From Candidatus Babelota bacterium (GTDB lineage: Bacteria > Babelota > Babeliae > Babelales > CAIQNR01): a stretch of DNA of 64,000 bases. The stretch is from assembly GCA_965658655.1 (NCBI GenBank), contig CBFHTA010000001.1:424722-488721 (forward strand). Reading direction: 5' to 3'. How positions within the stretch are numbered: the first letter of the stretch is position 1; every line of letters begins with the position of its first letter. Under the pieces are notes generated by a model that had not been told where the DNA came from, did not search any database, and saw only the letters and a program-made list of their open reading frames with translations. Positions 1 to 9,548 of the stretch are shown one piece after another. Both the position numbers and the translations under genes were made by a program.

Positions 1-1627
1 GGTCCCCTTCACCAATTTTATCAAGATCACCTTCCATGTTTGCGGTGAACTGTGTGTCCATAATATGAGCGAAATTACCTTTTAAAACTGTTACTACTGT
101 CATACCAAGTTCAGTTGGCACAAAGCGCTTTTTTTCCAGTGTGGTATAATCTCGTGCACGAATGGTATTCATAACAGCACTGTATGTAGATGGTCTGCCA
201 ATTCCTTCTTTTTCCATTTCCTTAACTAAGGTTGCTTCAGAATAACGAGGAGGTGGCTGAGTGAAATGTTGCTTGGGATCGATTTTTTTAATATTTACAG
301 GATCGTCTTTCTGAATACCTTCAGGAATCTTTATAGTTTTTTCGTCATCTTCTTCAACATTGTAGACTTTTAAAAATCCATCAAAAATTAATGTTGAACC
401 AGTAACTTTAAATGTGTACTTGCCACCTTTTAAGACAACCTGTCTTTGTGCATATTCAGCAGAATTCATTTGAGATGCGAGTGTTCGCTGCCAGATTAAT
501 TCATATAAACGAGCTTGATCCTTAGTTGCATGTTTATGCACATGCGCTGGAGATACTACCATATCAACTGGGCGAATAGCTTCGTGAGCATCTTGCGCAG
601 CTGTTTTAGATTTTTTCCCATAAACAATTGCTTTTTTAGGGAGATACTTTTCACCAAAATTTTTTGAAATAAATCCACGCGCACTTTTAATAGCAGTGTC
701 AGACAATCGTAATGAGTCAGTACGCATATAGGTAATTAATGCAACGGGTGAGCCATCACCGCCAAGTGCAATACCTTCGTATAAATTTTGTGCAATTTGC
801 ATTGTCTTTTTAACCGAGAAGCCAAGTCTATTATATGCTGCTTGCTGTATGGTACTGGTCATAAATGGAGGCAACGGATTTTTAGAACGCTTTTTATCGT
901 TGATCTCAGTTATTTTAAAATCAGCTTTCTTTACTTCTGTCGTAATTTTATCAGCTGTTTTTTTATCTTTGATCTCTGCTTTTTTTGTGCCAATATGTGT
1001 CATTGGTGCCACCATTTGGCCTTTAGGGTGCTTAAACGTTCCTGTAATAGACCAATATTCTTCTGGCTTAAAATTACGAATTGCTTCTTCTCGTTCGCAA
1101 ATGAATTTAAGGGCTACCGATTGTACTCGGCCAGCAGATAAACCTTTTTTAATCTTTTTCCAGAGTAGAGGAGAGACTTCATATCCCACCCAGCGGTCTA
1201 AAACTCGACGAGCTTGCTGCGCAGCTACTTTTTCCATGTCTATAGAGTGTTGGTTCTCAATGCCGGCAAGTACGGCCTGTTTTGTAATTTCGTTAAAAGT
1301 GATTCGATGAATCGCGTCTGGATTCTTCATGACCTTCTTCATTTCTTCGGCCACGTGCCAGGCGATAATTTCTCCTTCACGGTCGGGATCGGGAGCCAGA
1401 TAAACTTCTTCAGCACTTTGTGCAGCTTTGCAAAGTTCAGCTATTACTTTAGTTTTATCCTTAATTGCAACATACGAAATAGTTATTGGATCGCGTGAAA
1501 CACCCATCTCACTAACGGGAAGATCTTTAACGTGACCCATAGTAGACATAATCTTAAATTCGGGCCCCAAGAACTTTTTGATAGTCTTGATTTTTGAAGG
1601 TGACTCAACAACTAATAACTTTTTCAT
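1..1627 (-). CDS. topA: DNA topoisomerase I (3' end beyond the window start; absent from the ORF track)
   Basis: Manual translation from ATG at 1627: MKKLLVVESPSKIKTI...GHVKDLP...APDPDREGEIIAWH...SAGRVQS...ITYMRTDS...AQDAHEAIRP...GIGRPSTY, all type IA topoisomerase motifs. Confidence 0.97.
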   Translation of the reverse strand, partial: MKKLLVVESPSKIKTIKKFLGPEFKIMSTMGHVKDLPVSEMGVSRDPITISYVAIKDKTKVIAELCKAAQSAEEVYLAPDPDREGEIIAWHVAEEMKKVMKNPDAIHRITFNEITKQAVLAGIENQHSIDMEKVAAQQARRVLDRWVGYEVSPLLWKKIKKGLSAGRVQSVALKFICEREEAIRNFKPEEYWSITGTFKHPKGQMVAPMTHIGTKKAEIKDKKTADKITTEVKKADFKITEINDKKRSKNPLPPFMTSTIQQAAYNRLGFSVKKTMQIAQNLYEGIALGGDGSPVALITYMRTDSLRLSDTAIKSARGFISKNFGEKYLPKKAIVYGKKSKTAAQDAHEAIRPVDMVVSPAHVHKHATKDQARLYELIWQRTLASQMNSAEYAQRQVVLKGGKYTFKVTGSTLIFDGFLKVYNVEEDDEKTIKIPEGIQKDDPVNIKKIDPKQHFTQPPPRYSEATLVKEMEKEGIGRPSTYSAVMNTIRARDYTTLEKKRFVPTELGMTVVTVLKGNFAHIMDTQFTANMEGDLDKIGEGD

Positions 1628-1821
1628 AATCCTCAATCTCGCTTGTTTATCGGTTTAAGATGCTACTTTACCTGATAAAATCGCATTTTTCAAACAAGGT
1701 CCTTTAATAGTAAGCTTTTTTGATCTTGTTTATTAAAGTATTATAGTTACTAGAATATAGAAAAAAATTACAAAGAGTCAAATTTGCTATGTGTTTTATT
1801 TAAAAAGGTTGGCGGAGAAGA

Positions 1822-1870
1822 GTTTTAATAAATATGGGGAGACAGAGGCCTCCCTCATATTTATTAAAAC
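1822..1870. terminator. Long hairpin with 15-bp perfect outer arms, probable terminator of the minus-strand orphan genes
   Basis: gttttaataaatatg...catatttattaaaac inverted repeat around a GC-richer core, just downstream of the 1916 stop. Confidence 0.65.
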
Positions 1871-1915
1871 AATAAGCTTTCTTAGTAATTTAGCCTTTGT
1901 GCTATTATACATTAA

Positions 1916-2521
1916 TTATTTTACCTCATCTGCAAGTATCTTTGGTCCACCATAGTAGGTTGCCTTTTGATTTGATTTTTCAGCTACTGGTTTTTTGGCA
2001 GGGGCTGCTTTTGATGGTTTTTGTTGTGTCTTAGAAGATGATTGATCAGAATTAATTGATGGAGTTGTAGCGGTTTGATCAATGGTTGCTCCTTGATGAT
2101 AGAGTGAACTGTAGTGCTCAACTTTATGTAATATCTCTGTTAATAAACTGCCAATAATAAATAACGACTCTTCAGACTCTACTCTGCTAATCAATTGTGT
2201 TAGTTCACTTGTGATGTTTGGTGCTAAAATTCCACTAGAGCTTTGTACGGCATTCAAGGTCGTTGTTTTTAACTTCTCTGCTCGTGATACATTATCTGAG
2301 TTTTTTGGATCTATATTTTTAATAAGATTTTTTAAACCTGTAGATATTAAAGATTCGTGATGAGTTCCTTGATTAGTATTTGTTCCGAGACCGTTTGGGG
2401 CTTCTATTCCTTGGCCAGGTGGATTCCATCCTTCAGGATTGTTAAAATTATTATTTCTTTGAGATGTACTTTGTATATTTGCTGCGCCTAATAATGTTAG
2501 TGCTAAGAATATTCTCTTCAT
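1916..2521 (-). CDS. Putative secreted hypothetical protein
   Basis: MKRIFLALTLLGAANIQS signal-like N-terminus, GGAG RBS, low-complexity C-terminus. Confidence 0.8.
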   Translation of the reverse strand: MKRIFLALTLLGAANIQSTSQRNNNFNNPEGWNPPGQGIEAPNGLGTNTNQGTHHESLISTGLKNLIKNIDPKNSDNVSRAEKLKTTTLNAVQSSSGILAPNITSELTQLISRVESEESLFIIGSLLTEILHKVEHYSSLYHQGATIDQTATTPSINSDQSSSKTQQKPSKAAPAKKPVAEKSNQKATYYGGPKILADEVK

Positions 2522-2595
2522 TTTTAGTTCTCCATTTTAGATATAATGAGAAGACCGAGGCCTCCGTTAATTTAACTGTTTTCTGTACTAGTCTT

Positions 2596-2838
2596 TTACT
2601 TTAATGCTTCTTTTCTTTTTGTTGCTGCTCTTTCTGCTCTTCTTGCTGCTCTTTTTGCTGCTGCTGCTGCTGCTCTTTCTGCTGCTGCTCTTTCGGCTGC
2701 TGCTCTTTCGGCTGCTCTTTTTATCTTGAGTCCTAATTCTACTCTTAATCCTGCTTTTGGTGCCTTTGCTACTCTTCCTGCTGCTTGTACAGGGGCAATG
2801 GTTAAGAGAGTGAGTGAAAGTGCTAATAATTTTTTCAT
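2596..2838 (-). CDS. Small secreted Ala/Arg/Lys-rich protein with AAAER repeats
   Basis: Signal peptide MKKLLALSLTLLTIAPVQA, 15-bp tandem repeats, leader shared with 2968..3405. Confidence 0.75.
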   Translation of the reverse strand: MKKLLALSLTLLTIAPVQAAGRVAKAPKAGLRVELGLKIKRAAERAAAERAAAERAAAAAAKRAARRAERAATKRKEALK

Positions 2839-2967
2839 TTTACATTCCTTTTTTTGTTTTTGCTCAAACCTCTATAGTAAGCATTTGTTAAAAAATCTAC
2901 TTGATAAAGAGTGCTAATAGCAGGGTCTTTTCATAAGTAATTTAGCCTTTGCGCTATTATACATTAA

Positions 2968-3405
2968 TTATTTGCTTAACTCTCTACTACCCATCATTGC
3001 ATCAGAATGCTTTGACTTTTGATTTAAATGTAAACCTACTGGTCTTCTGGCACCTGGAACTTGTGCAGTAGTCTTTTGCTTTCCTTTTGTTGCTTCTTGT
3101 AGGTTTATTGCTTTTTTTAGTAATGCTTCTGCTGCTCGTATTGCTTTTGATGTGTTTGCTGCTGTTGCTGCTATTATGTTTCCTGCTGTTTCCCCTTTTG
3201 TTTTTGCTTTATCGACTGCTGCTTTTGCTGCTCGTATTGCTTTTCCTGCTCCTTTTGTGTTTGCTTTATCGACTGCTATTTTTGCTTTTGTTTTTGCTTT
3301 ATCGACTGCTGCTTCTGCTGCTCGTATTGCTTTTCCTGCTGATTTTGTTGCTTGTGCGTCGGCAAAGGCTAAGAGAGTTAATGAAAGTGTTAATAATTTT
3401 TTCAT
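2968..3405 (-). CDS. Secreted Ala/Lys-rich repeat protein (KAIRAA / AVDKAKTK repeats)
   Basis: Signal peptide MKKLLTLSLTLLAFADAQA, internal repeats, paralogous N-terminus with 2596..2838. Confidence 0.8.
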   Translation of the reverse strand: MKKLLTLSLTLLAFADAQATKSAGKAIRAAEAAVDKAKTKAKIAVDKANTKGAGKAIRAAKAAVDKAKTKGETAGNIIAATAANTSKAIRAAEALLKKAINLQEATKGKQKTTAQVPGARRPVGLHLNQKSKHSDAMMGSRELSK

Positions 3406-3732
3406 TTTACATTCCTTTTTTGTTTTTGCTTAAACCTCCATGGTAAGCAGTTATTAAAAAGTTTACTTGATGGATAGCGCTAATAGCAAGGGTTTTACAG
3501 ATTTTTTTGCGCTGTGAGCTTATATTTTTAAAAAAAGACATCAAAGAGGATTGAAATAGCTTGTTTAAGCTTACAGCCTCATAAGTTTTAGATAGAGGCT
3601 CTCTTTTATGGTTGATAGAATTAATAGAATGAAATTAGATTGTTTTAAGAGTGGTTTTCAATTCTTTAGTCTTAAATTCTCTTTTTTTTTTGAGTATAGT
3701 GATGAAAATCATACTAACGCAGGAATATAAAT

Positions 3733-4725
3733 ATGTTTGGTTATTCAATTCGTTTTGCCTATTTGCCTGTTTTATACGGTGCTCTTCCGCTATTAGCTTT
3801 TGCTGCATGGTATCGCTGGCGGTACTATAAAAATCCTGTTTACAAATATTCTTTAACTTCCTTTTTAATAAGTCGGAATGTGCAGGTTAAAGTTCCTCAT
3901 AAAATGATTTTAGCTGCTATGCGTTTTATTACACTTGTGGGTTTAGCATTTTTGATTGCTCGCCCACAGTTGGTTGACGAACAATCAAAAGTGATGATTG
4001 AGGGAATAGACATTATGATGGTCCTTGATGTTTCGGGTAGTATGCAGCTTTTTGATGACTTAAAGGACCAACGGTCTCGTATTGATGTTGCCAAGACCGA
4101 AGCGGTTAAATTTATAGAAAAACGAGAGAATGATCCTGTTGGCTTAGTGTTATTTGCAAATGAGTCTGTTTCTCGTTGCCCTTTAACGCTTGATAAGAAA
4201 ATGTTACACAGTATTGTAGATGACACTGAATTGGGGGTGATTAATCCAGAAGGGACTATGATAGCAAAAGCGCTTATTATGGCACTCAATCGATTAAAGC
4301 ACTCTAAAGCAAAAAGTAAGATTATTATTTTAATTACAGATGGTGAGCCAACACCAGGAGATCTTAATCCTCGCGCTGCCATTGAACTGGCAAAAAAATT
4401 TGGTATAAAAATTTATACAATTGGTATTGGTGGCGATGGTGGCTTTTTTAAACATCCTATGTTTGGTATACAGCGCTACGGAGTAGGTCTTAATACTGAC
4501 CTTTTAAGTACTCTAGCAGAACAAACTGGAGGGAAGTTCTTTGAAGCTAGACGTTCGCAAGAAATGGGGAAAATTTACGATGAGATCGATAAGCTCGAAA
4601 AAACAGAATACGAAACTGATGTGTATCACAAATACTACGACGTTTTTATGCCGTTTCTTTGGGCACTCATTTGCTTGTTTTGTTTAGAGTTATTTCTTGC
4701 GCGCTTCCTTTGGTTTGGTGTTTGA
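3733..4725 (+). CDS. batA: vWA-domain protein, BatA-like
   Basis: N-terminal TM/BatA domain (LARPQ), MIDAS DVSGSM, ILITDG, KIYTIGIG, C-terminal TM. Confidence 0.9.
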   Translation: MFGYSIRFAYLPVLYGALPLLAFAAWYRWRYYKNPVYKYSLTSFLISRNVQVKVPHKMILAAMRFITLVGLAFLIARPQLVDEQSKVMIEGIDIMMVLDVSGSMQLFDDLKDQRSRIDVAKTEAVKFIEKRENDPVGLVLFANESVSRCPLTLDKKMLHSIVDDTELGVINPEGTMIAKALIMALNRLKHSKAKSKIIILITDGEPTPGDLNPRAAIELAKKFGIKIYTIGIGGDGGFFKHPMFGIQRYGVGLNTDLLSTLAEQTGGKFFEARRSQEMGKIYDEIDKLEKTEYETDVYHKYYDVFMPFLWALICLFCLELFLARFLWFGV

Positions 4726-4865
4726 AGGTTTTATGACTTGTGGAGAGAAAATCTCTTTATGTTTTAATTTTATTGCATCTTAAGTTCTAAGAATTTTTTG
4801 GGTATAGTAAATAACTATAACTTAACTATGAGTATTAGTACGGTGAACATAAGTTGGTGTGACGT

Positions 4866-5873
4866 ATGAAAAAAGTATTGTTTGGTATTACTTGGGCAGC
4901 AGCTCAAAATTCTTGGTGGCTTTTTGCGGCAGGAGCGTTGCTTGTACTTCTTGCTTGGTCAACACATGCCTATATTCAAAATCTTGCAAGGCTTGTGGCT
5001 TCTCAATGGCAAAAGCGTCTGCTTTTATACTTCTCAAAAACTAAAACATTCATTAAATCGTTTTTATTAGCCGCTGGTTTGGTTGCATTGTTTATAGCAT
5101 TGTTACAGCCACAGTGGGGGAAAAAAGAACAGCATGTAGAACAAGAAGGGCGTGAATTGTTTATTGCGCTTGATATCTCTCGAAGCATGTTGGCATCTGA
5201 TGTAAAGCCTCACAGACTTGCATTTGCCAAATCAAAAATAAAGAAATTAGTAAAATCATTACATGCAGAACGTGTTGGGCTCTTAGTTTTTTCAGGTGAT
5301 GCACTTATTCAGTGTCCATTGACACGAGATACTGCTGCTTTTAATTTGTTCTTAGATAATGTTGACGCAGAAACTATTTCTTCTGGTACAACTGCAATTG
5401 CACAAGCGTTAAACACCATTTTAAAGATGTTTAAAGGTATGCCTGCTCGAAGTAATAAAATTGTAGTACTGTTTACTGATGGTGAAGATTTTTCAAGCAA
5501 TTTGAGCGCTGTAAAAGCACAAGCTCAAAAAGAAAATGTACATATTTTTACGTATGGTATTGGAACTAAAGATGGTGCGCCAGTTCCAGTGCTTGATGAA
5601 GATGGTCGGCCTGTTGGGCATCAAAAGGATGCATCGGGAAAAGTGGTATTTTCTCGGTTGAATGAACCAATGTTACGTGCATTATCTCGAGAAAGTGGTG
5701 GGAAGTATATTGGTCCTACACAAAAAGACGACGACTTACATGAACTGGTTGCGCATGTTCAAAATTATGAAAAAGAAAAACTGGAAAATAAAGACTTTGA
5801 AGTAGAAGAGGATCGGTATCCTTATTTCTTAGCAATCAGCTTTGTGGCCTTTTTACTTGAGTGGCTTCTATGA
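4866..5873 (+). CDS. batB: vWA-domain protein, BatB-like
   Basis: ALLQPQWG, DISRSM, PLTRD, LFTDGED, GIGT..G..P motifs; follows batA. Confidence 0.9.
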   Translation: MKKVLFGITWAAAQNSWWLFAAGALLVLLAWSTHAYIQNLARLVASQWQKRLLLYFSKTKTFIKSFLLAAGLVALFIALLQPQWGKKEQHVEQEGRELFIALDISRSMLASDVKPHRLAFAKSKIKKLVKSLHAERVGLLVFSGDALIQCPLTRDTAAFNLFLDNVDAETISSGTTAIAQALNTILKMFKGMPARSNKIVVLFTDGEDFSSNLSAVKAQAQKENVHIFTYGIGTKDGAPVPVLDEDGRPVGHQKDASGKVVFSRLNEPMLRALSRESGGKYIGPTQKDDDLHELVAHVQNYEKEKLENKDFEVEEDRYPYFLAISFVAFLLEWLL

Positions 5874-7051
5874 AGAAATGTTTCATTCTTACTCTTTTTT
5901 TTGTTTCTACCGTACATCCATGGTTTGATGAATGGCGTGGTATAGATGCTTATAAAAAAGGTAATTTTGAAAAAGCGAAAAAACTGTTAGTACAGCAGCT
6001 CGCTGATGATCCTTTTAATGGGCAGCTTTTGTTTAATCTGGGCGATGCCTCATTTAAAGAAAGACAGTTTGGTAAAGCAGAGGCGTATTATAAAGATGCT
6101 CTTAAAAATCTTAAAGAGAACGATAGTTTAAAATCAAAAAGTTATTTTAATTTAGGTAATACGTATTTTGAAAAAAAGCAGCTAGAAGAATCGATTGAAG
6201 CATATAAAAATTGCTTAACGCTTGATCCTGGTAATAAACGAGCGGAACACAATAAAGCGATTGTTGAGAAAATACTAGAGGAACAGAAACAAAAAAATCA
6301 GCAAGAGAAACAAGATCAGCAAGAGAAAAGTAAGAATCAGGATAAGAAAGATCAGAAACAAGATAAAAATAAATCAGATCAAAAAGATAAAGCTCAGGAT
6401 ACATCCCAAAAATCCGATAAAGATCAAAAGCGGGATCAAGATAGTAAGGCAGAGAATCAGAGTGACCAACAGGGGCAACAAAACCAGCAACAAAATCAAG
6501 GACAACAAAGTCAAGATCAAACTAATCAACAACAAAAATCTCCTGAGCAAAAATCATCAAAAAAATCCCAGGATTCGAAAACTCCAGATGCATCCGGCCA
6601 GGAGAATGAAAAACCAGAGGATCTTGATCAAAAAGAACGCGAGCAAGATAGGAAAGAGGGCGGGGACAGTAACAAAGACCAATCCCAAGATCAACAGTCT
6701 TCCGGGCAAGGAGAACAAGAATCCCAAGGAAAACCTGACGACAGAAGCGGCAATGATGCAACTGAACAACAAGGGAACAAACAAGAAGATCATACTACAA
6801 CTCCAGAAAAAGAAACTACTTCTGGTAAGAATAGAGAAAAAGAAGGACAAGGACAACAGCAAGGTAAAAAACAGGAAGCATTGCGTGCTGAGCATGTAGC
6901 AGAAGATCAAGCTACAGAAGAAGAAAAAGGAGAGCCTGAGTATGAACTTCTACAGTTTATTAAGAATCAAGATAAACAGTCGGGAAAAAAATTATTTAAA
7001 ACAATGGTAAAACGAAGGATGCCTCATAATGATGGCGCAAAGAATTGGTAA
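5870..7051 (+). CDS. batC: TPR protein with Gln/Lys/Asp-rich low-complexity tail, BatC-like (start likely ATG 5870)
   Basis: TPR repeats (FNLGD, FNLGNTYF), Q/K/D-rich region, terminal KNW, ATGA overlap with batB stop. Confidence 0.8.
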   Translation: MKKCFILTLFFVSTVHPWFDEWRGIDAYKKGNFEKAKKLLVQQLADDPFNGQLLFNLGDASFKERQFGKAEAYYKDALKNLKENDSLKSKSYFNLGNTYFEKKQLEESIEAYKNCLTLDPGNKRAEHNKAIVEKILEEQKQKNQQEKQDQQEKSKNQDKKDQKQDKNKSDQKDKAQDTSQKSDKDQKRDQDSKAENQSDQQGQQNQQQNQGQQSQDQTNQQQKSPEQKSSKKSQDSKTPDASGQENEKPEDLDQKEREQDRKEGGDSNKDQSQDQQSSGQGEQESQGKPDDRSGNDATEQQGNKQEDHTTTPEKETTSGKNREKEGQGQQQGKKQEALRAEHVAEDQATEEEKGEPEYELLQFIKNQDKQSGKKLFKTMVKRRMPHNDGAKNW

Positions 7052-8756
7052 ACTTTTTCTTTTATTGTGTGTAATAACGTCATTGCAAGCAGATCCACAA
7101 ATCGCAATTGAGGTAACCGATGCAAATGGATATGAAACGGAATCTGTTGGGGTAGGTGTTCCTTTTTTAATTACGGTTGAAGTATCTGGTGATACATCTG
7201 GAATTGACGCTCCGGAAGTTGAAGCTTATCCACCAATTCCTTTGCAACAGTCAGGGACCAGTAGTAGCATTCGTACTATTAATGGTAACACTACAGTAAA
7301 AAAACAGTATCGTTATAATTCGCGTATTGATACCGAAGGTACATATACCGTTGGTCCGGCTCGTATAGAAAAAGACGGCAAAGAATTTGTTTCTGAAAAA
7401 GTAGAACTAGAGGTAACTCATAAACAGGCGCTTCCTGAGTCTCGTCAAGCAGCATTCTTAAAAATAGAAACATCAAAAAAAGATATATTCATAGGTGAAA
7501 AAATTACATTTAATTTGCGATTTTATTATGCAAATAATGATGTGCGCATTGAAGGTATAGATTCTCCAACATTTGATAAATTTAAATCTACAACATTAAA
7601 AGGCCCACGGACAGGAAAAGAAACCATTGATGGTGTTTTGTATCGTTATCAAGAATGGTACTGTGTTCTTTATCCTAAAGATGTTGGGGAAACAATTATT
7701 CCTGCTGTAAATGCACAAGTGAGTGTTGCTACTTCTCAAGCACGGGGTGCAGGAGACCTTTTTAGTTTTATGGATCAAATGTTGGGTGGGCGTTCTCAAA
7801 GGCAGATGATGTACTCAAATGCATTGTCATTGCAAGTAAAGCCGCTTCCTCAAAATGAGTCTTCCACTAATGCAGTAGGTCATTTTACCGGATTAACAGC
7901 AAAAGTTAATTTAGATAAAGCTGCCGAAGGAGAAGGGATTGTGTATACGTTAGAACTGATTGGTGACGGCAACTTTGCAATGATTAGTCATCCACAGTTA
8001 CAGGTTCCTGAAGGATTGCGGTTTTATGAATCTAATACTCATTTTAAAACGCTTGCAGCTAACACACACAAAAAAGACTTTGAATATGTTATTCAAGGAG
8101 TGCAGCCGGGTACCTACACCATTGAGCAGCAATCGTTTAATTATTTTGATACGCGTCAAAAAGTGTATAAAACATTGCGTACCAAACCGGTTAAAATAAC
8201 GATAACTCCAGGTTCTTTGGTTGTTCAAGCACCCGAGGAAGAGAAAGGCAAGAGCGTTGAAGTAGTACCAGAGCATGAACTAGAAGATCCTTTGTATGTT
8301 ACTAAATGGCGTTTTAGAGTTCCTCGATCAATTGATTGGTTCTGGTTTTTTTTATTAGTATTACTCCCGCCAGCGTTTTTTATTGTGCTTTTTGGTAAAC
8401 GCAAATGGGACGAGCAGCAAGAAAAATATGCTCCACATTATGGTTATAAAAATGCTTTTAAAAATGCAAAACATAAAGTTGAAGAATGCAGAAAGAATGG
8501 CTCAATTAAACAGTTGTATGCAATATGTAGAGATCTTTTTGCGGCACGTTTAAAGTTGCCCGTAGGTGAAATTTCTGAAGCCCGTATTGAACGCGCTCTT
8601 GAGCAAGGTGGTATGACAAACGAACAGATTGCAACATGGCGTTCTTTCTATGCAGATATTGCCGCATCAAGTTTTGGTTCTGATTCTGCGACAGGTAAAG
8701 ATCATTTATGTGTGGTGTTACTTGAATGGATTAAAAAGTTTGAAAGGGTTCTTTAA
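7029..8756 (+). CDS. batD: BatD-family protein
   Basis: Signal peptide, SSSIRTING, AVGHF, G.GN, beta-rich repeats, C-terminal TM; operon position. Confidence 0.85.
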   Translation: MMAQRIGKLFLLLCVITSLQADPQIAIEVTDANGYETESVGVGVPFLITVEVSGDTSGIDAPEVEAYPPIPLQQSGTSSSIRTINGNTTVKKQYRYNSRIDTEGTYTVGPARIEKDGKEFVSEKVELEVTHKQALPESRQAAFLKIETSKKDIFIGEKITFNLRFYYANNDVRIEGIDSPTFDKFKSTTLKGPRTGKETIDGVLYRYQEWYCVLYPKDVGETIIPAVNAQVSVATSQARGAGDLFSFMDQMLGGRSQRQMMYSNALSLQVKPLPQNESSTNAVGHFTGLTAKVNLDKAAEGEGIVYTLELIGDGNFAMISHPQLQVPEGLRFYESNTHFKTLAANTHKKDFEYVIQGVQPGTYTIEQQSFNYFDTRQKVYKTLRTKPVKITITPGSLVVQAPEEEKGKSVEVVPEHELEDPLYVTKWRFRVPRSIDWFWFFLLVLLPPAFFIVLFGKRKWDEQQEKYAPHYGYKNAFKNAKHKVEECRKNGSIKQLYAICRDLFAARLKLPVGEISEARIERALEQGGMTNEQIATWRSFYADIAASSFGSDSATGKDHLCVVLLEWIKKFERVL

Positions 8757-8781
8757 AATTAAAGAACCCTGATTTTTGTTG

Positions 8782-9027
8782 TTATTTCACTACTGTACCC
8801 TGAGGGAAATCAAACCTCTTTGTTCGCTTTGAGTTACTTCTCTTGTTTTTTCTGTTACTTCTCTTGCTTTGTTTTGTACGAACATTACGTGGGAGTTGTT
8901 CTCTTCTCTTTCCGTCTGCAAACACCGGATATTTGTCTCCTTTAAACATCTTACAAGAGATAACAGTCTGTGTTTGTGTATCTGTAATAAGAACGAAAAG
9001 CGAGAGTAAAAGTAGTTTTTTGTGCAT
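8782..9027 (-). CDS. Small secreted basic protein
   Basis: Signal-like N-terminus, AAGGA RBS, Arg/Lys-rich C-terminal half. Confidence 0.6.
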   Translation of the reverse strand: MHKKLLLLSLFVLITDTQTQTVISCKMFKGDKYPVFADGKRREQLPRNVRTKQSKRSNRKNKRSNSKRTKRFDFPQGTVVK

Positions 9028-9064
9028 TTCTGTTCCTTTTTTAGTTTTTCTTTTTTTTAGTTAT

Positions 9065-9340
9065 CTATCTTTTAATTTTAAGTTGCCCTTGATCATTAGT
9101 AATATCTTTATATTCTTCGGGAACCTTAACAGCTTTCTTTTCATAATAGTTACCCGAACTGTCCTTGCAATCGCAATTTAGGTACTTATTTTCTGGATCA
9201 AAACTACACTCTCCACATGAGCTTAGGTAAGATCCCTTAGGTACGTTATAATTAGAACCGCTATTTATTAAATCTGTATTGGTATAAGCGTTCACTCCTG
9301 TTAGACTCAACAATGCGAGTGAAAATAATAATTTTTTCAT
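9065..9340 (-). CDS. Secreted cyanovirin-N (CVNH)-like lectin-domain protein
   Basis: Signal peptide, then PKGSYLSSC...LNCDCKDSSG...DITNDQGQL, resembling a CVNH half-repeat. Confidence 0.65.
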   Translation of the reverse strand: MKKLLFSLALLSLTGVNAYTNTDLINSGSNYNVPKGSYLSSCGECSFDPENKYLNCDCKDSSGNYYEKKAVKVPEEYKDITNDQGQLKIKR

Positions 9341-9548
9341 TTACTTTTCCTTTTTTACTTTATAGTTATTATTACAATAAGCTTGATAATAACTATAGCA
9401 ATCCAATAGGTCGATCTGCAAGAGTTTTCCGTCATTTTTAGTCTTTAAGCTTAAATTCTTATTGTTTTTTGATAAACTAAAACAGTAATGCTTTTAGGTG
9501 TAGATAATTAATCTTTGCATCATAAATTATACTATTTGATAGGTTGTT

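Noticed and set aside
788..1498. Three plus-strand ORFs (788, 849, 1214)
   Set aside because: Antisense shadows of topA
2891..2917. GAGTGCTAA, the right half of a CIRCE element
   Set aside because: No TTAGCACTC left half at the 9-nt spacing, not near a chaperone gene, and no CIRCE upstream of dnaJ either
3087..3446. Poly-Leu and Ala/Phe plus-strand ORFs
   Set aside because: Artefacts of the repeat DNA of the minus-strand gene 2968..3405
6280..6940. Gln/Lys/Asp-rich repeats and overlapping ORFs within batC
   Set aside because: A low-complexity linker is typical of BatC-like proteins; the alternative ORFs are compositional shadows
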